Source: Gekko japonicus (Eukaryota). Taken from it: a DNA stretch of 64,000 nt. The notes beneath the pieces were generated by a model that worked only from the letters and a program-made list of their open reading frames with translations, was not told the origin of the DNA and searched no databases. Below, piece after piece: positions 24,530 through 37,033 of the stretch; positions within the stretch are counted from its first letter, which is position 1; every line of letters begins with the position of its first letter. The translations under genes were made by a program, and so were the position numbers. The stretch spans positions 236,811 to 300,810 of the forward strand of contig NW_015172593.1 of the NCBI RefSeq assembly GCF_001447785.1, given 5' to 3'.

Positions 24530-27500
24530 GTTGTATTATACAAGCTCTTAATTGGACAGTATACCAAAAAACCCCTCAGTATTTGGTTAAAAATGTTGTA
24601 TTGTCTGTGTAGGCATGGCATCTAGCTGTAGTTCAATTGCTGAATGACCCTGTGCAATGTGAAAGCTTGCCTACTTCCGCATTACCGTGTGTTGATCTAA
24701 CAACAAGTTGCCTTTCCTTTTCTCCACATGATTTGGAAACAAGTTGGGCTGAAAGGAGCATGCCACCTACAGTAAACAGGGTTTGACTTTGAACGTGTGT
24801 TCTTAGTAGTGTCAGATGGTTATCTGCCTTTCACAACCCAGCAGAGTAACCCGAGCGTGTTTAGCAACTAGAGTTTCTGAAGGCTTTTAAAATAGTACAA
24901 GATAGCAGGCATCAGGCTCTATCAAGCCTTGTACCTCCTTGCTATGTTGAAACCCAGGGAATGTTTAGAAAAAGCCTGTGGTTCTATTATGCATCAGTGT
25001 GCAGGACCTTTGAAAAATTTGGGACAAAAAAAAATTACTTTTCCACTTTCTCTCCCTCCCCCCCTTCTTTCTTTGCTCCACATCATCATCCCAAAAAAAG
25101 ATGGTAGTGGACAGTAGGAGGGTTTTGGAGCAGCCTTCTAGAGAGACTGGGTAAATCCTAAACTTTCTAACAGATTTTGCTTATAATGACAGCACTAGTA
25201 CTGGGGATGGGGGGAGGGTTGGGGGGGGGAGTCTTACTGGCAAACATTCTTGAACACACTTGTAAACTGAAAATGTGTCTTGATGATAGAAATGTTCAGC
25301 CACAGTATATTCTGTGTTCTGTAGAAGCAAAATTATAACATTACAGGGTGTGTTGATTATTTAAGCCTGGAATACCAGCTTATCTTGGTCCCAGGATTTA
25401 TTTACTAAATTGAAAAAAAAAACAACCCTGCTGAGTTTTACCCACTGCCCCAGTTCTGAGTAACCAGATATGTCAGGAAAGTCTTGCTTAAAACTGGCTC
25501 AGGTAAGAATCCCATGTTCAGCATTGGGCCACTCTGAGCTCCAGAAAGACTGGAGAGAGGGAGGGTGGGAGGAACTGTGGTAAGTGCAGGCGGCCTTGAT
25601 CTTAGACTCTTGCCAGCAAACAGAACTAGGTTTGAGATTGTACACGCATATACTGGGATGATTTGTCATGTGCTGGTGGGCTTAGATCTCTGCACCATCC
25701 AGAATAACGCAACTGAATCCCACAATTAGAATATATGCACCTTGTGCCCAATTTGCGTAGATACCCATTTGTCCTTGGATCTTTTTGAAAAGCTTGAAGT
25801 TACAATGTGTAGGAGGATGACTGTTTCAGGGGTAGACGGAACAGCCTTGTCCTGCCCTTATAGATGTAAATGGGTACTACGGTGCCAAGGAAAGAGGGTC
25901 TAGAGCTGGGCCACAGAAACCTCATAGACGTAATACAGACATCAAAGGTTTTTAAAAAGCTGCATTGCTTCTTGACGTTCTATTTGCAACATGGCTAAGT
26001 CTCAACTTTCACCGTGAAGTACAAAAGCTGACCTCTTTGTTTCTTCCAAACTGGTATCTTTAATGCTATCACAATCATCCTATCAAACAGAGCTCTCTGA
26101 AGTTTCGTTTAATCAGCCACAAAAGTAAAGTTTGTTTATTCTCCTAAAGAACTACAGCCAGGATTCACAGACTACTTAAGTGATAATGCTGCTTCCACCA
26201 AGAAAGACTATAAAAGTCCACTGGATGTGTAACTGGGTACAATAGTTGTCTGCCTTATTATTTTCAGTGGTGGTGGTGGTGGTGGGGAAATCAAGGAATT
26301 GTAGAGGAGGTGGGTCACAGTGTTCTTCTTTAATCATTGTTGGGGGGGCAGCATTGCCCCAACCTCTTCTTACTGCCTCTTGTGCCTTTCATAAGAGCCT
26401 TCTGCACATGAACATCTAGCAGAGGAAGCTTTGCCCACTTTTCCTCACTCTGCCATGTAAAAAGCTTCACTTGCTCACTTTGTGTGTCGTGCTGTCTGTA
26501 ATTCAAGGCTCAGAAGCAGGGCTAGAGAGACGGTGGCCATCCCAAGTACAACAAAGATGAAATACTACGAAGCATGACAGTATGCCTCTAAAAGATAACA
26601 CACAAAATAATTACATTATTTGGTTTTTTTAAACAAATCATTCCTCCCCAAAGGGGCCTAGATTCAGATGGACCTCCCGTGCATGGAGGCACCCACCCAG
26701 AACCTTCTCTTTCCATGCATGAAAAGCTCTAGAAAGGGGGCTTCTCTGAGCGGACTGTAGAAACCACAGTGGGGCTCACAGAAAGGCTGTCGTTTTAGAG
26801 CTTTATGTAGAATACCCAGAAACTTGAGCCAGGAAGGGAGGAAGCCAGTCTATATCCTGGAGCCATGGATGTGATCACTCCTAGGGCTGAAACCATGGGA
26901 AGCTAATCTCTATGATATGGGAAGGAGTTACAACAGCATTTCCTTTTGCAACATAATGAGGATAGCCATGTAACGCATGAGTCACCTCACCTATGTCTCT
27001 TGCAGAGGTAAGCATTTGAGTATATCTTTCCCACGGTGTTTTGCAATGATTTATAAAAAAAAGAAGACATGATCTGATCACAAGACGACACCTGCCTTGT
27101 CACTCCTGTCTATCTCTAGGCCAGTTTGCAGCACTGTTATGCAGAATCCAGGGGCAGGGTTTTGCATTTTCAGGCTGTCTTGATGGTTGAATAGCACCTC
27201 TTATGTTCTATGTGACTAGAACACAAAGCTGCTTCCATGTAGAAGCTTTCCTCCCCCACCCCCAGGAAGTAGTTCTTTTGAGGTTTCTGCATGAGGCCTT
27301 GTCCTCGATTTCCCTCTATCTCTGCTGTAGGTTTCCTCAGACCTGCTTTGGAAGAGCCTTCCTGGAAGCATGAAAGAAAAGGGGTAGATTTACACAATTT
27401 CCCCACTTGCAGCCAGAACTCTCCCTACCACTGGCAGGCTTTTTGCTGGCTCTTCTGTTTATCCTTAGTAGATGCAATGTTACAGCATTTTTAAAACACT

Positions 27501-27535
27501 ACAGTGATTTTTTAAATGTGGATTTTAAAAAAAAA

Positions 27536-27804
27536 GAAGAAGAGGAGGAGGAGGAGGAGATTGGATTTTATACCCTGCCCTTCACTAGGAGTCTCAGAGC
27601 GGCTTACAAACTCCTTTCCCCTCCTCACAACAGACACCCTGTGAGGTAGGTGGGGCTAAGAGAGCTCTTTTCAGAGCTGTCCTTGAGAGAACAGCTCTGA
27701 AAGAACTATGGCTTGTCCAAGGTCATCCAGCAGCTGCAAGTGAAGGGGAATCGAACCTGGTTCTCCCAGATTAGAGTCTGTGCACTTAACCACTACACCA
27801 AACC
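27536..27804 (-). mobile_element. tRNA-derived SINE (Squam3-like)
   Basis: Reverse complement of the family body; (GAA/GAG)n tail. Confidence 0.85.
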
Positions 27805-28354
27805 AGAGGTGTGCTGGGGAGAAATGGCAAGCAAGCAGGGAAAGCACAGGGAACCCCTCGCCCCTTCAGAAGCTCTGTGGCTGCTGCCTGCTCCTTTCCT
27901 TTCATAGTGACAATAACAGCAAAACAGGGACCTTTTCCTGTGTGGAAGCCGCAGTTAAGAGTGGGCAAAACCAGGCTCAGATTGGCAGCAAAGGGCAGGT
28001 TCAGCCTTCCCGGTACTATCCATTCTCCCTGCCATCACCACCACCTTTTCGCTAGAGTGGAAGTTTCATGATGGCAGCCTTGAGCGGCCAATCCGATCAC
28101 AGTAGGGAAACCTGTCTTGAAGGCTCTTCTAGCCTGGTGGCAGAACAGAAATGGGGTAGTGTTGGCAGCATGGGGAGGAGGTACAACAAGGCAGGAGAGA
28201 GGAGTAGAAAGGGCTGGAAGAGAAAGGGCTGGAGGTGGCACCAGCACACCATTCTAGACTGAAATCTCACCAGCAGCATAGGGGTCGGTGGGTGTGCATG
28301 TGCCCTGATGCTCTGGCCTCCCAACCATGGTGGCAGAAGTAACGCATCAGACGT

Positions 28355-28535
28355 GTTGTCCCCTTGGTGCTTGGGGGGGGGGGGGTCAACAGTGGGAGGG
28401 CTTCTAATGTCCTGGCCCCACTGGTGGACCTCCTGATGGCACCTGGTATTTCTGGCCACTGTGTGACACAGAGTGTTGGCCTGGATGGGCCTTTGGCTTG
28501 ATCCAACATTGGCGTCTCTTATGTTCTTATGTTCT
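28355..28535 (+). mobile_element. Young CR1 3' end
   Basis: (ttatgttc)n tail; nearly identical to 45880-46049. Confidence 0.7.
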
Positions 28536-31500
28536 TTTTAGCCCACACACCACTGTCCAGCTGTTTCCTGTGCTGGTGAGTCTCTCAGGCCCCCTTGAAA
28601 ATTAGGTCTCAGTGTTCTGTTCCTAGAATACAACAATACTCCAGAGTGAGAGAAAAGTTTAATAGTGGAACAGTTTCCTCAAGTTCTGTCTCTTTCACCG
28701 CTTTGTCATAATCAAGCGTGACCCAGAAATATAACTTGGGGCAGCTGACTCCCCAGAATGTCCTAGAGACTCACCATCAAAGGGACTAACTTTGAACAGG
28801 AGGGGGTGAGGGGAAGTAAGAGTTGACGTACCAGAGAAGCCTCTTTTCAAAAGTGATGAAAGACTGGTCACTGTTGAGGGTGACTGTTAGACAGCTGCTA
28901 AGGTAACACGGGAGCCCTTCCTGGGCAACCAGGAGCAGATTGGTCATTGACTTGACTGGGAGAAATCCCGGTAGCCCACTGCCTAGAGTGTCTCCCCCAC
29001 AACAGGGCAAGCAAGGAGGAGCATGGGGCACAGTGGCACCTGGCTTTGTCTTGTGGTAGACCCAGCTGTGGCTAGTGAGGAGCGCAGTAGTCACCTACTC
29101 CTCACCATTGCCCTAGATGGGATAGAAAGTCACAGACCCAGTGGTACCTGACTTTGCCCTGACACACTTTGGCCACTGAGGGGAGAGCATGATCGTGCCT
29201 GCTTTCCCTCCAGCCAACCCTTTGGCCCTGGTGGGGCCCTGCTGCAGGGCCATTCTGGCTTCCCAGTCTGTCCCTGTTGACAACCCTAAGTGAAACATGC
29301 CACAAGTGTAATTCCCCCCCCCCCATATGGGCTCTTGCCCNNNNNNNNNNNNNNNNNNNNNNNNNNNNNNNNNNNNNNNNNNNNNNNNNNNNNNNNNNNN
29401 NNNNNNNNNNNNNNNNNNNNNNNNNNNNNNNNNNNNNNNNNNNNNNNNNNNNNNNNNNNNNNNNNNNNNNNNNNNNNNNNNNNNNNNNNNNNNNNNNNNN
29501 NNNNNNNNNNNNNNNNNNNNNNNNNNNNNNNNNNNNNNNNNNNNNNNNNNNNNNNNNNNNNNNNNNNNNNNNNNNNNNNNNNNNNNNNNNNNNNNNNNNN
29601 NNNNNNNNNNNNNNNNNNNNNNNNNNNNNNNNNNNNNNNNNNNNNNNNNNNNNNNNNNNNNNNNNNNNNNNNNNNNNNNNNNNNNNNNNNNNNNNNNNNN
29701 NNNNNNNNNNNNNNNNNNNNNNNNNNNNNNNNNNNNNNNNNNNNNNNNNNNNNNNNNNNNNNNNNNNNNNNNNNNNNNNNNNNNNNNNNNNNNNNNNNNN
29801 NNNNNNNNNNNNNNNNNNNNNNNNNNNNNNNNNNNNNNNNNNNNNNNNNNNNNNNNNNNNNNNNNNNNNNNNNNNNTGCTGGTTCCAAGTTTAAAGATGG
29901 GCAAGGTCAGAGGAACAGAAACAGGGCTCACAAGTTTACCATGTGAGGGGGCGCAAAATGAAAGCCCATTTTATCTCCTGGAAAGCGTGTTTTCCCCCCT
30001 TTCTTTGCACAGACAGATACTGCTTGATTCCAATGGGTGAAGCGTTGTTGCCTTCTTGTACTCTGGCTGATGCAAGCTCTCCTACTTTGGTCAACCCTTC
30101 AGGCTTTGAGTCTCTCACGGTGTTGGGTGTCTCCAAAGTGCTCCTTTCCTCAGGCGAGGGGACAAAGACTTCAGGAAAGTCATCCGGGCAGCACGTGAAG
30201 GAAAAGGTTAAACCCACAGAGGCACCATAGAAAGCCCTAGGGAAGCTGAAGAAGTCCCGCTCATCCTTGGACACCGCATGATCCGCTAGAGGTCTTCCTG
30301 GCATTCCCAAAGCTCTAGGCGTACTTCTAAACGCAACCATCCCTCCTAAGTTTTTAGTCAATTGAAGTTACAGGGGCAGCCGCCTCCGGAAGAAATCAGT
30401 GTGCTGGATGTCTGCTGTGTGGTTTTGCAGAGGTTCTCCAAAGGCTGGTACCAGAGGCAGGGGGACAGCAGCGGTTAACTCAGGAAGGCTCACTGGCGAC
30501 TGTGCTGGGAAGCTCATCCGAAGGGGGAACTGGTGACATCACAACTAATGCTTGGGACTGCCCAGATGTTCTAGCGGGAGCTCTCTCTGGATTTCCTCCT
30601 CTTGCGTGAAGGGCTAGTCAAACAAGGCTTCTCAGGGAAGGAGCGGGAGGAAGAGGGACGTCCCACGAGTACTCAGAGACTCACTGTACACCTGGCAAGA
30701 GCTGGCCCCCTTACGGAAGTGGAGTTTGGGAAGCACGGCCTCAGCTCTGGAGCAGCTACACACCACTTGCACTCTGGCCAAGGCCTTTCCATCTTTGCAG
30801 AAGAGGCAGGGGAGCCTGCAGGGTGCAGCACGGCCTGGGGAGGAACCAATAATAAAGCGTGTGGGCTTAATGGGATGGACCCAGCAAAAGCTGTCAACAT
30901 CAAAAACGACACAGGCAGCCGAGCGGCTTAGACACATGCAGGGAGCAGGAACAGATGTGCGGCAGTCTCCACGATGACGTAAAAGCCCCAAGTCTACTCA
31001 CATTTGCAACACCAAAGGAAGCATGAAGACGAGAGGAGGCTAGCCCTGTTCCAAGCTCACTTGATGGTCGACCCCCACAGCAGACCACAAAGCTAAGCCC
31101 GTAGCAACAACACTCCGCACAGGGTTGGGAGGGAAAGGGGAATTAACATACCCTGCACACCACTTGAAGAGACCTGCCACGTACGACGGTACCCCTGTGG
31201 ACTGAAAGACACACTTCTCAAGCCACAAGCTCGACAGCAAGGAAAACAAGTGACAAATGAGCCAAGTTAAAACCCCATAGAAGGGGGGGGCACAGCAAGG
31301 AATGGTCAACCCTATTGCAGCTTTGCATCCAAAAGTCTTATTCCAAGAGCAGAAGGCAAATTTGCTCACGGAAGGTCTCCGGATTCCCAGGATTCCCTCC
31401 TCCAGCTACAGCCCCTTCTTCCAGGGGCCTAACCCTTCAGAGTAGCTTTCTGGCGGGGATGCAGTGGAATGGGGTGGGAAGTCCCTGTTGTGCAGGTAAG

Positions 31501-32662
31501 GTTGCCGTCCTCCAGGTGGGGCCTGGAGTTCTCCTGGAATTACAAGTGATCTCCAGATTACTGAGATTCGTTCCCCCGAAAAAAATGGCAGATTCGAAGG
31601 GTAGACTATAGAATTATAGTCCCCCCCTCCAAACTTTCCCCTCCCCATCGGCGTCCCCAAATCTCCAGGAATTTCCCACGCTGGAGTTGGCAACCCTATA
31701 TGCAAGCCGGTGCAGTGTCGTGGTTAGCATGCTGCACGGTGATGTAGGAGATTCGCATTCAAATCCCCTATTCCACCATGGGAAGACCACTGGGTGACCT
31801 CGGGCCAGTCACTCGTTCTCAGACTCACGTACTTCACAGTGCTGCCGTTGTGATGAAAATAGAAGGAGGGGAAGAACGATGCTGTAAGCACTGGGGTCTC
31901 CCCAAAGGGAAGGTATAAATAAACAGAAAGGAGAGTTCCCTTGTGATGCTTTGGATACAACTCAACATAAAACAGTGAAATGAAGCAATGTTTTGTAAGA
32001 CCTGTGAGTCTTCGGCAGGGTCTCTTGAACACACACAAAGCTGCCTTATACTGAATCAGACCCATCGGTCCATCAAAGTCAGTACTGTCTACTAAGACTG
32101 GCAGTGGCTCTCCAGGTAGAGGTCTTTCATGTCACCTACTGGTAGATCCTTACTGGCGATGCCAGGGATTGAACCCGGGGCCTTCTGCATGCCAAGCAGA
32201 GGCTCTACTGCTGAGCCATGGCCCTTTAGGTGAAAACCAGAGTGAAGAGGATTCCAAGCATGTTCTGTTGGATTTTACATGCTGAGGGAGTCCTCTGCAG
32301 CTCTTACATCAAAAGTGTGTGTGATGGCGGAGGACAGGAAGGCCTGGCGTGATGTGGTCCATGGGGTCACAAAGAGTCGGACTCGACTGTGCGGCTGAAT
32401 AACAAAAGTTCCTTCTGGGAAGGAGCACACACACACACACTGAAGTCTCTGCATGTCAGAAGCTGCTAGTATTCCCTCTCCTGGAGACTGAGTGATGGGA
32501 GAAAGCTTCACCTGTTGGATTTCTGTCACACAACTGCTCAAGGCACAGGAGTTTCTTAAAAGCAGCAATGTTGTGTAGAGGTTATAGCATAAGATCAGGA
32601 CCTGGGAAACCCAGGTTTGAATCTCTACTCAGCCATTGGTTCACTGGTTAACCTTGAGTCAG

Positions 32663-32915
32663 GGAGCAGAGAGGATGAAGGAGAGCAAGGTGCAGAATAG
32701 AAAATTTATTTAACTCTTGTGTATCCCGATGCATTTCGCTGTAAGTTTAATCAGGGGATCATCTTCAAAAGGCTTCTGTAACTGGAAAACATCTGAAGAA
32801 GCTCCCCTGATGAAGTTTACAGCGAAATGCATCGGGATCCACAAGAGTGAAATACATTTTCTATTCTGCGCCTTGCTCTCCTTCGTCCTCTCACCGGTGC
32901 AGCCCTCATTTTTCC
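32663..32915. mobile_element. Fold-back insertion (probably Penelope-like) with inverted hammerhead motifs, nested in a SINE
   Basis: Arms of about 97 bp (32669-32767 and 32793-32892); flanking duplication taaccttgagtcag / taaccttgagacag. Confidence 0.75.
32803..32837 (+). ncRNA. Minimal type I hammerhead ribozyme motif
   Basis: UCCC-CUGAUGA-aguuuacagc-GAAA-UGCA-UC^-GGGA: both conserved core boxes, stem I UCCC/GGGA, palindromic stem III AUGCAU; stem II is weak. Confidence 0.65.
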
Positions 32916-34943
32916 TAACCTTGAGACAGTCATTTTTTTCCTCAGCTGAACCCTACCTCACAGGGTTGTTGTGAAGGTAAAATAGAGGAGGTAAGAGTGA
33001 TGTATGCGCTAAGCCCCTCAGAAGAAAGTGGGGATAAAATGTATTTTAAAAAATCTGGAAGAATGGGAATCCATTAGGCAATTAGCAACTTAAGCTAAAA
33101 GTGATAAAAGGCCATTTTAGAAAATACATTTGTATTAAGCCATATGAATTCTGGGTAACATATCCCCAACCATGAATGACATCCTCACAGACACACACGT
33201 CTGTCTTCCACTCATGTACTCCCAGTGCGATTGCTCTTTCACACGTTTACGTTTCAGTCCTTGATGAAATATTCTGTAAGTAACCGGTGTAGTGGATTAA
33301 GCGTCAGACTAAGATCCGGGAGAGCTCGTTTCAGATCCCCACTCTGCCATGGAAGCTTGCTGGGTGACCTTGGCCCGCTCACTTTCTCTCAAACTCAACT
33401 GCCTCCAAGAAAGACATTCCCAGGTAAACAGAGCTTGAGGAAGTTCTTGACCCTGCAGCAGAAATGCAGAGCGTTCTTTCCTCTCCCTGCCCAAGAAGTC
33501 TCACAGCCCTGCCCTGTTTTACACACACACACACAAACACACCACACATGGGCTTGGCAACTGTTCAGGCCTGATTCGGGCCATGCCTGTGTGCTGAAGC
33601 ACTAACGACAGCAGAGTAACTAAAAAGGCAGGATGCTGAGGTAGGCAGGGAAGACAGACCACCAGGCAATGACAAGGAAGGAAGGCGGGCAGTGTGTACA
33701 CAGTTTGGCTTACCTCCAGCTAATAGCAGAGGCCATATACGGAGGGCTCTTAAATGGCTGAGAAGGAAGTCTCAGTGCTTTTTTTGACAGAGATAAGAAG
33801 AAATGGGGCCTGAGATAAGAACAGTCCATCTGGTCTCACAGTGGCCCACCAGATGCCCCTGGAAGGCCTACGGGCATGGCACACAAGCCAAAAGCCTCCT
33901 CTTGCTGCTACTGTCCGTCCAGCAACTGGCATTCAGAGGTACACCGCCTCCCAATATGGAGGTCCCATCCAGCCACTGATGGGCCATGAAGTTGTCTAAA
34001 ATCCCCTTTCAAAGCCCATGTAAGCTAGTGCCCATCGCCACATCTCATGGCAGCAAATTCCGCATCGAGAAACATGACAGCATGATGCATTTTCAGCCTG
34101 CCAGTAAATGAACCTGGAGTACAAACCACCACAGGGCATCAGCATGGCGGCACCAGTGGCACTTAGCCTTCCCGATGGCGCGAGAGCCCTTTTCTGGCTA
34201 CTAGCTGTTTTAGGAGATACGTTTTCACACTTTTTCAGATAGGGGTCCCAGCATTAAGTCCAATCTGCAACACGGGTCCTACTATTTAATTTTAAAAAAA
34301 TTAATTTTTGCCAAGTGTATCTCCTTCTGCTTTTTCTATCGCTTATCCTCATTCTCTTTCACACAGAGAAACACTCTCAGCCCCTCACTTCCTTCAAAAC
34401 AAAACCTTTTAAAAGTCAGTATTTGGTGGTGGTGCCACTGGTATGACCCACCATGCACTGGAGGAGTGACACAGATGAGAGTCACAAACCCACAAGCTGA
34501 AGGGCCAGTGGTCTGACGGACCAGCCATGGGAGACCAATACATTAAACTTTCTCCCTGCCCACCATAAAATAGAATAAAAGCATCCCACTCCACCATTGC
34601 TTACTTCAGACTCATGCACGGAAAGGACCCCCTAGCCCTCCTCCAGAATAAGACAGCCCAGGTTCAACCAAGCCTCACTCTCTATCCCCCTGAATAAAGC
34701 CAGACCCCTTTCCCTAGCAACCTTCCCTAGGCTCCCGTGGAAGAAGCTCCTGTCTTCATTCCGCTGTTTTTTCGGCACATCTTCACCCCCCAGAGCCTTT
34801 GTTCTCCTCACTCTGCACGCCCCCAAACCCCATCTGATTTCTTCCCATCGTGCTTACGTCAAACGCAGAGCCATCCTGCCCCCGGGCTCATCCACCCTGC
34901 TTAATGTCCCATCATAGACTCTGGCCGACTTTCTTCAAAGTCC

Positions 34944-34949
34944 TTTATT
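34944..34949 (-). terminator. Candidate TTLL3 polyadenylation signal
   Basis: AATAAA on minus strand, about 110 bp after the TGA at 35062. Confidence 0.4.
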
Positions 34950-35061
34950 GGGGTGGAGATCCCACCCCCTAGCAACATGATTTCTTCCCCAACGAAGACT
35001 CTATAGCATGATTCTTGGCCCCAAAACAGCGGCAACCCCCAAGGGCCGGACCGCTTCTGGG

Positions 35062-35862
35062 TCACCAGAAGGCCTCGTCTCTACTCGTCCGCCGCCTTCT
35101 GATCATGCTTGCTCTTATGGCATTGAGCTGAGCAGCTGAAGAGAGATCTATGTCCAGAAGGGACGACGGAGACGGGGGCAAGGGAACGCTGAGCATGGGG
35201 GACCGCCTGCAGCTCCGCAAATGATCTTGCGTCTTGGGCCTCAAGCGACAGGAGAGGGGGACAGGGGGCACGAGATCAGCGGGGAAAAGGATGGTGTGCA
35301 AGTTGTGTACGCGCAGCTTCGCACACGTATCCCTACCTGCCATTCGGACTGCCTTGCTGGGCACTTGCAAAAATACACCCGTGTTCTTGGCAGGTCGGTT
35401 AGTGGACTCCTGCAGGCTAGTGACCAGCTTCTGAGAGCGAGATTTGGCACAGAGCGGCACTGGCCGCAGCAGCATGTCCTCCGAGACAGCGACGGTGGTG
35501 GCCACGCTGTGTGCCATCAGTACCCTTCTGTTACGCGGTTCTGGTTTCAGCTTGCTAGGCAGCTTGAACGTAGCAGAAGTTGAAGAGGCCACATGGCCAG
35601 CCAGAGAGGTCTCCCTGGCTTTGTTCTCTTTCCCGGGGCTTGCCAGCACCGATGCCTTGCTATTTGCTGCTGCCCAGCATGGGCTAGGCCCCCGGGGGCT
35701 CCCGTGGCTTCCACGCTGGTAATAAAACTTTGGGGTCTTGGACTTGGTGTTCCTTGTGTCATCAGACACGGGGTTTCTTTGGAATGCAGTCCGAGGCTTC
35801 TTAACAGTGGATCCTTCGACCAAAAGGCTGATGCCAACGTACTGCGGAACCTCCACAGCTGC
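35062..35862 (-). CDS. TTLL3: TTLL3 last recognised coding exon
   Basis: Acceptor actcag; AAVEVPQYVGISLLVEGSTVKKPR matches TTLL3 (AVEVPQYVGIRLLVEG), then a divergent basic tail to TGA. Confidence 0.85.
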   Translation of the reverse strand, partial: AAVEVPQYVGISLLVEGSTVKKPRTAFQRNPVSDDTRNTKSKTPKFYYQRGSHGSPRGPSPCWAAANSKASVLASPGKENKARETSLAGHVASSTSATFKLPSKLKPEPRNRRVLMAHSVATTVAVSEDMLLRPVPLCAKSRSQKLVTSLQESTNRPAKNTGVFLQVPSKAVRMAGRDTCAKLRVHNLHTILFPADLVPPVPLSCRLRPKTQDHLRSCRRSPMLSVPLPPSPSSLLDIDLSSAAQLNAIRASMIRRRRTSRDEAFW

Positions 35863-36069
35863 CTGAGTCAGGGAAGAAAAGAGAGAAACAGAATAAGACA
35901 GCTGAGTGCGGCAGGGAAAAGCAGGGATTCCCGTATCTTGGATAGCTGCTTACTGGCTCTGTTCAAGGGTCTGAGATAGGGTTTTAGGGTACGATTTGTG
36001 GAAGCACCAAGGGGGGAAATTAGCTCTGTGGTGCACCTGCATCTGATACAGACTGCGACACTTTGGATA

Positions 36070-36793
36070 ATCTACCAGCAGAGGAGGGAAAGGGGCACTC
36101 TCTGCCCAGGGCCCAGCACAACCTGGAACCAGCCCTGCTCAGAGCATCTATTCCCCAAAATGATAGTTCAGAGTGGGTAGCTGTGTTAGTCTGCTGCAGC
36201 AAAATTAACCCTAAGTGCTTAAAGATGAACCAAAATTCATTCCCGCAGGAAAGTTTGACTCACAAAAAGATTATGCCAGGATAAAATCTGTGAATCTTTA
36301 AAGATGCCACAGGACTCTTGTTTGATATCCCCCCCCCAAAAAAAGGGGGTGAGCCATGTCACACGTGCGTGACTTCAGAGACTGGAGGCTGCTTCCAAAT
36401 GGAGGTTTCTTCCTGCATGGAACGCAGCATGCCTCCATATTTGGAGGGAGCTATCTACCAGCAGAGGAGGGAAAGGGGCACTCTCTGCCTAGGGCCCAGC
36501 ACAACCTGGAACCAGCCCTGCTCAGAGTGTTTATTCCCAAAATGATAGTTCAGAGTGGGTAGCCATGTTAGTCTGCTGCAGCAAAATTAACCGTAAGTGC
36601 AGTGGCACCTTAAAGATGAACCAAAATTCATTCCCGCAGGAAAGTTTGACTCACAAAAAGATTATGCCAGGATAAAATCTGTGAATCTTTTAAGATGCCA
36701 CAGGACTCTTGTTTGATATCTCCCTCCCCCCCAAAAAGGGTGAGCCATGTCACACGTGCATGACTTCAGAGACTGGAGGCTGCTTCCAAATGG
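36070..36793 (+). repeat. Local duplication of about 335 bp (36070-36402 and 36453-36793)
   Basis: Near-identical copies differing by a few SNPs and one indel of about 10 bp. Confidence 0.9.
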
Positions 36794-37033
36794 CGGTATT
36801 GCCTCCCAGCAAGTCCTTCCCTGGAGTTGCCTCCCAGCACTGGCATGGTGACTGACTGCCTCTGCATGTAGAGGTCCCCTTTAGTCACCATGGGTAGTAG
36901 CCACTGATGGACCTAAACCCCATGAATCTGTCTAATCCCCTTAAACCAGCTATGCTCATAGTTGTCACTACGTCCACTGGTAGTGATTTCCGCAATTCAA
37001 TCACTCTTTGAGTAAAGAAAGTATTTCTTTTTG

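Noticed and set aside
29113-30040. Long ORFs of 200-317 aa spanning N runs (also 54271-55327 and 57001-57255)
   Set aside because: They are artefacts of assembly gaps translated as X.
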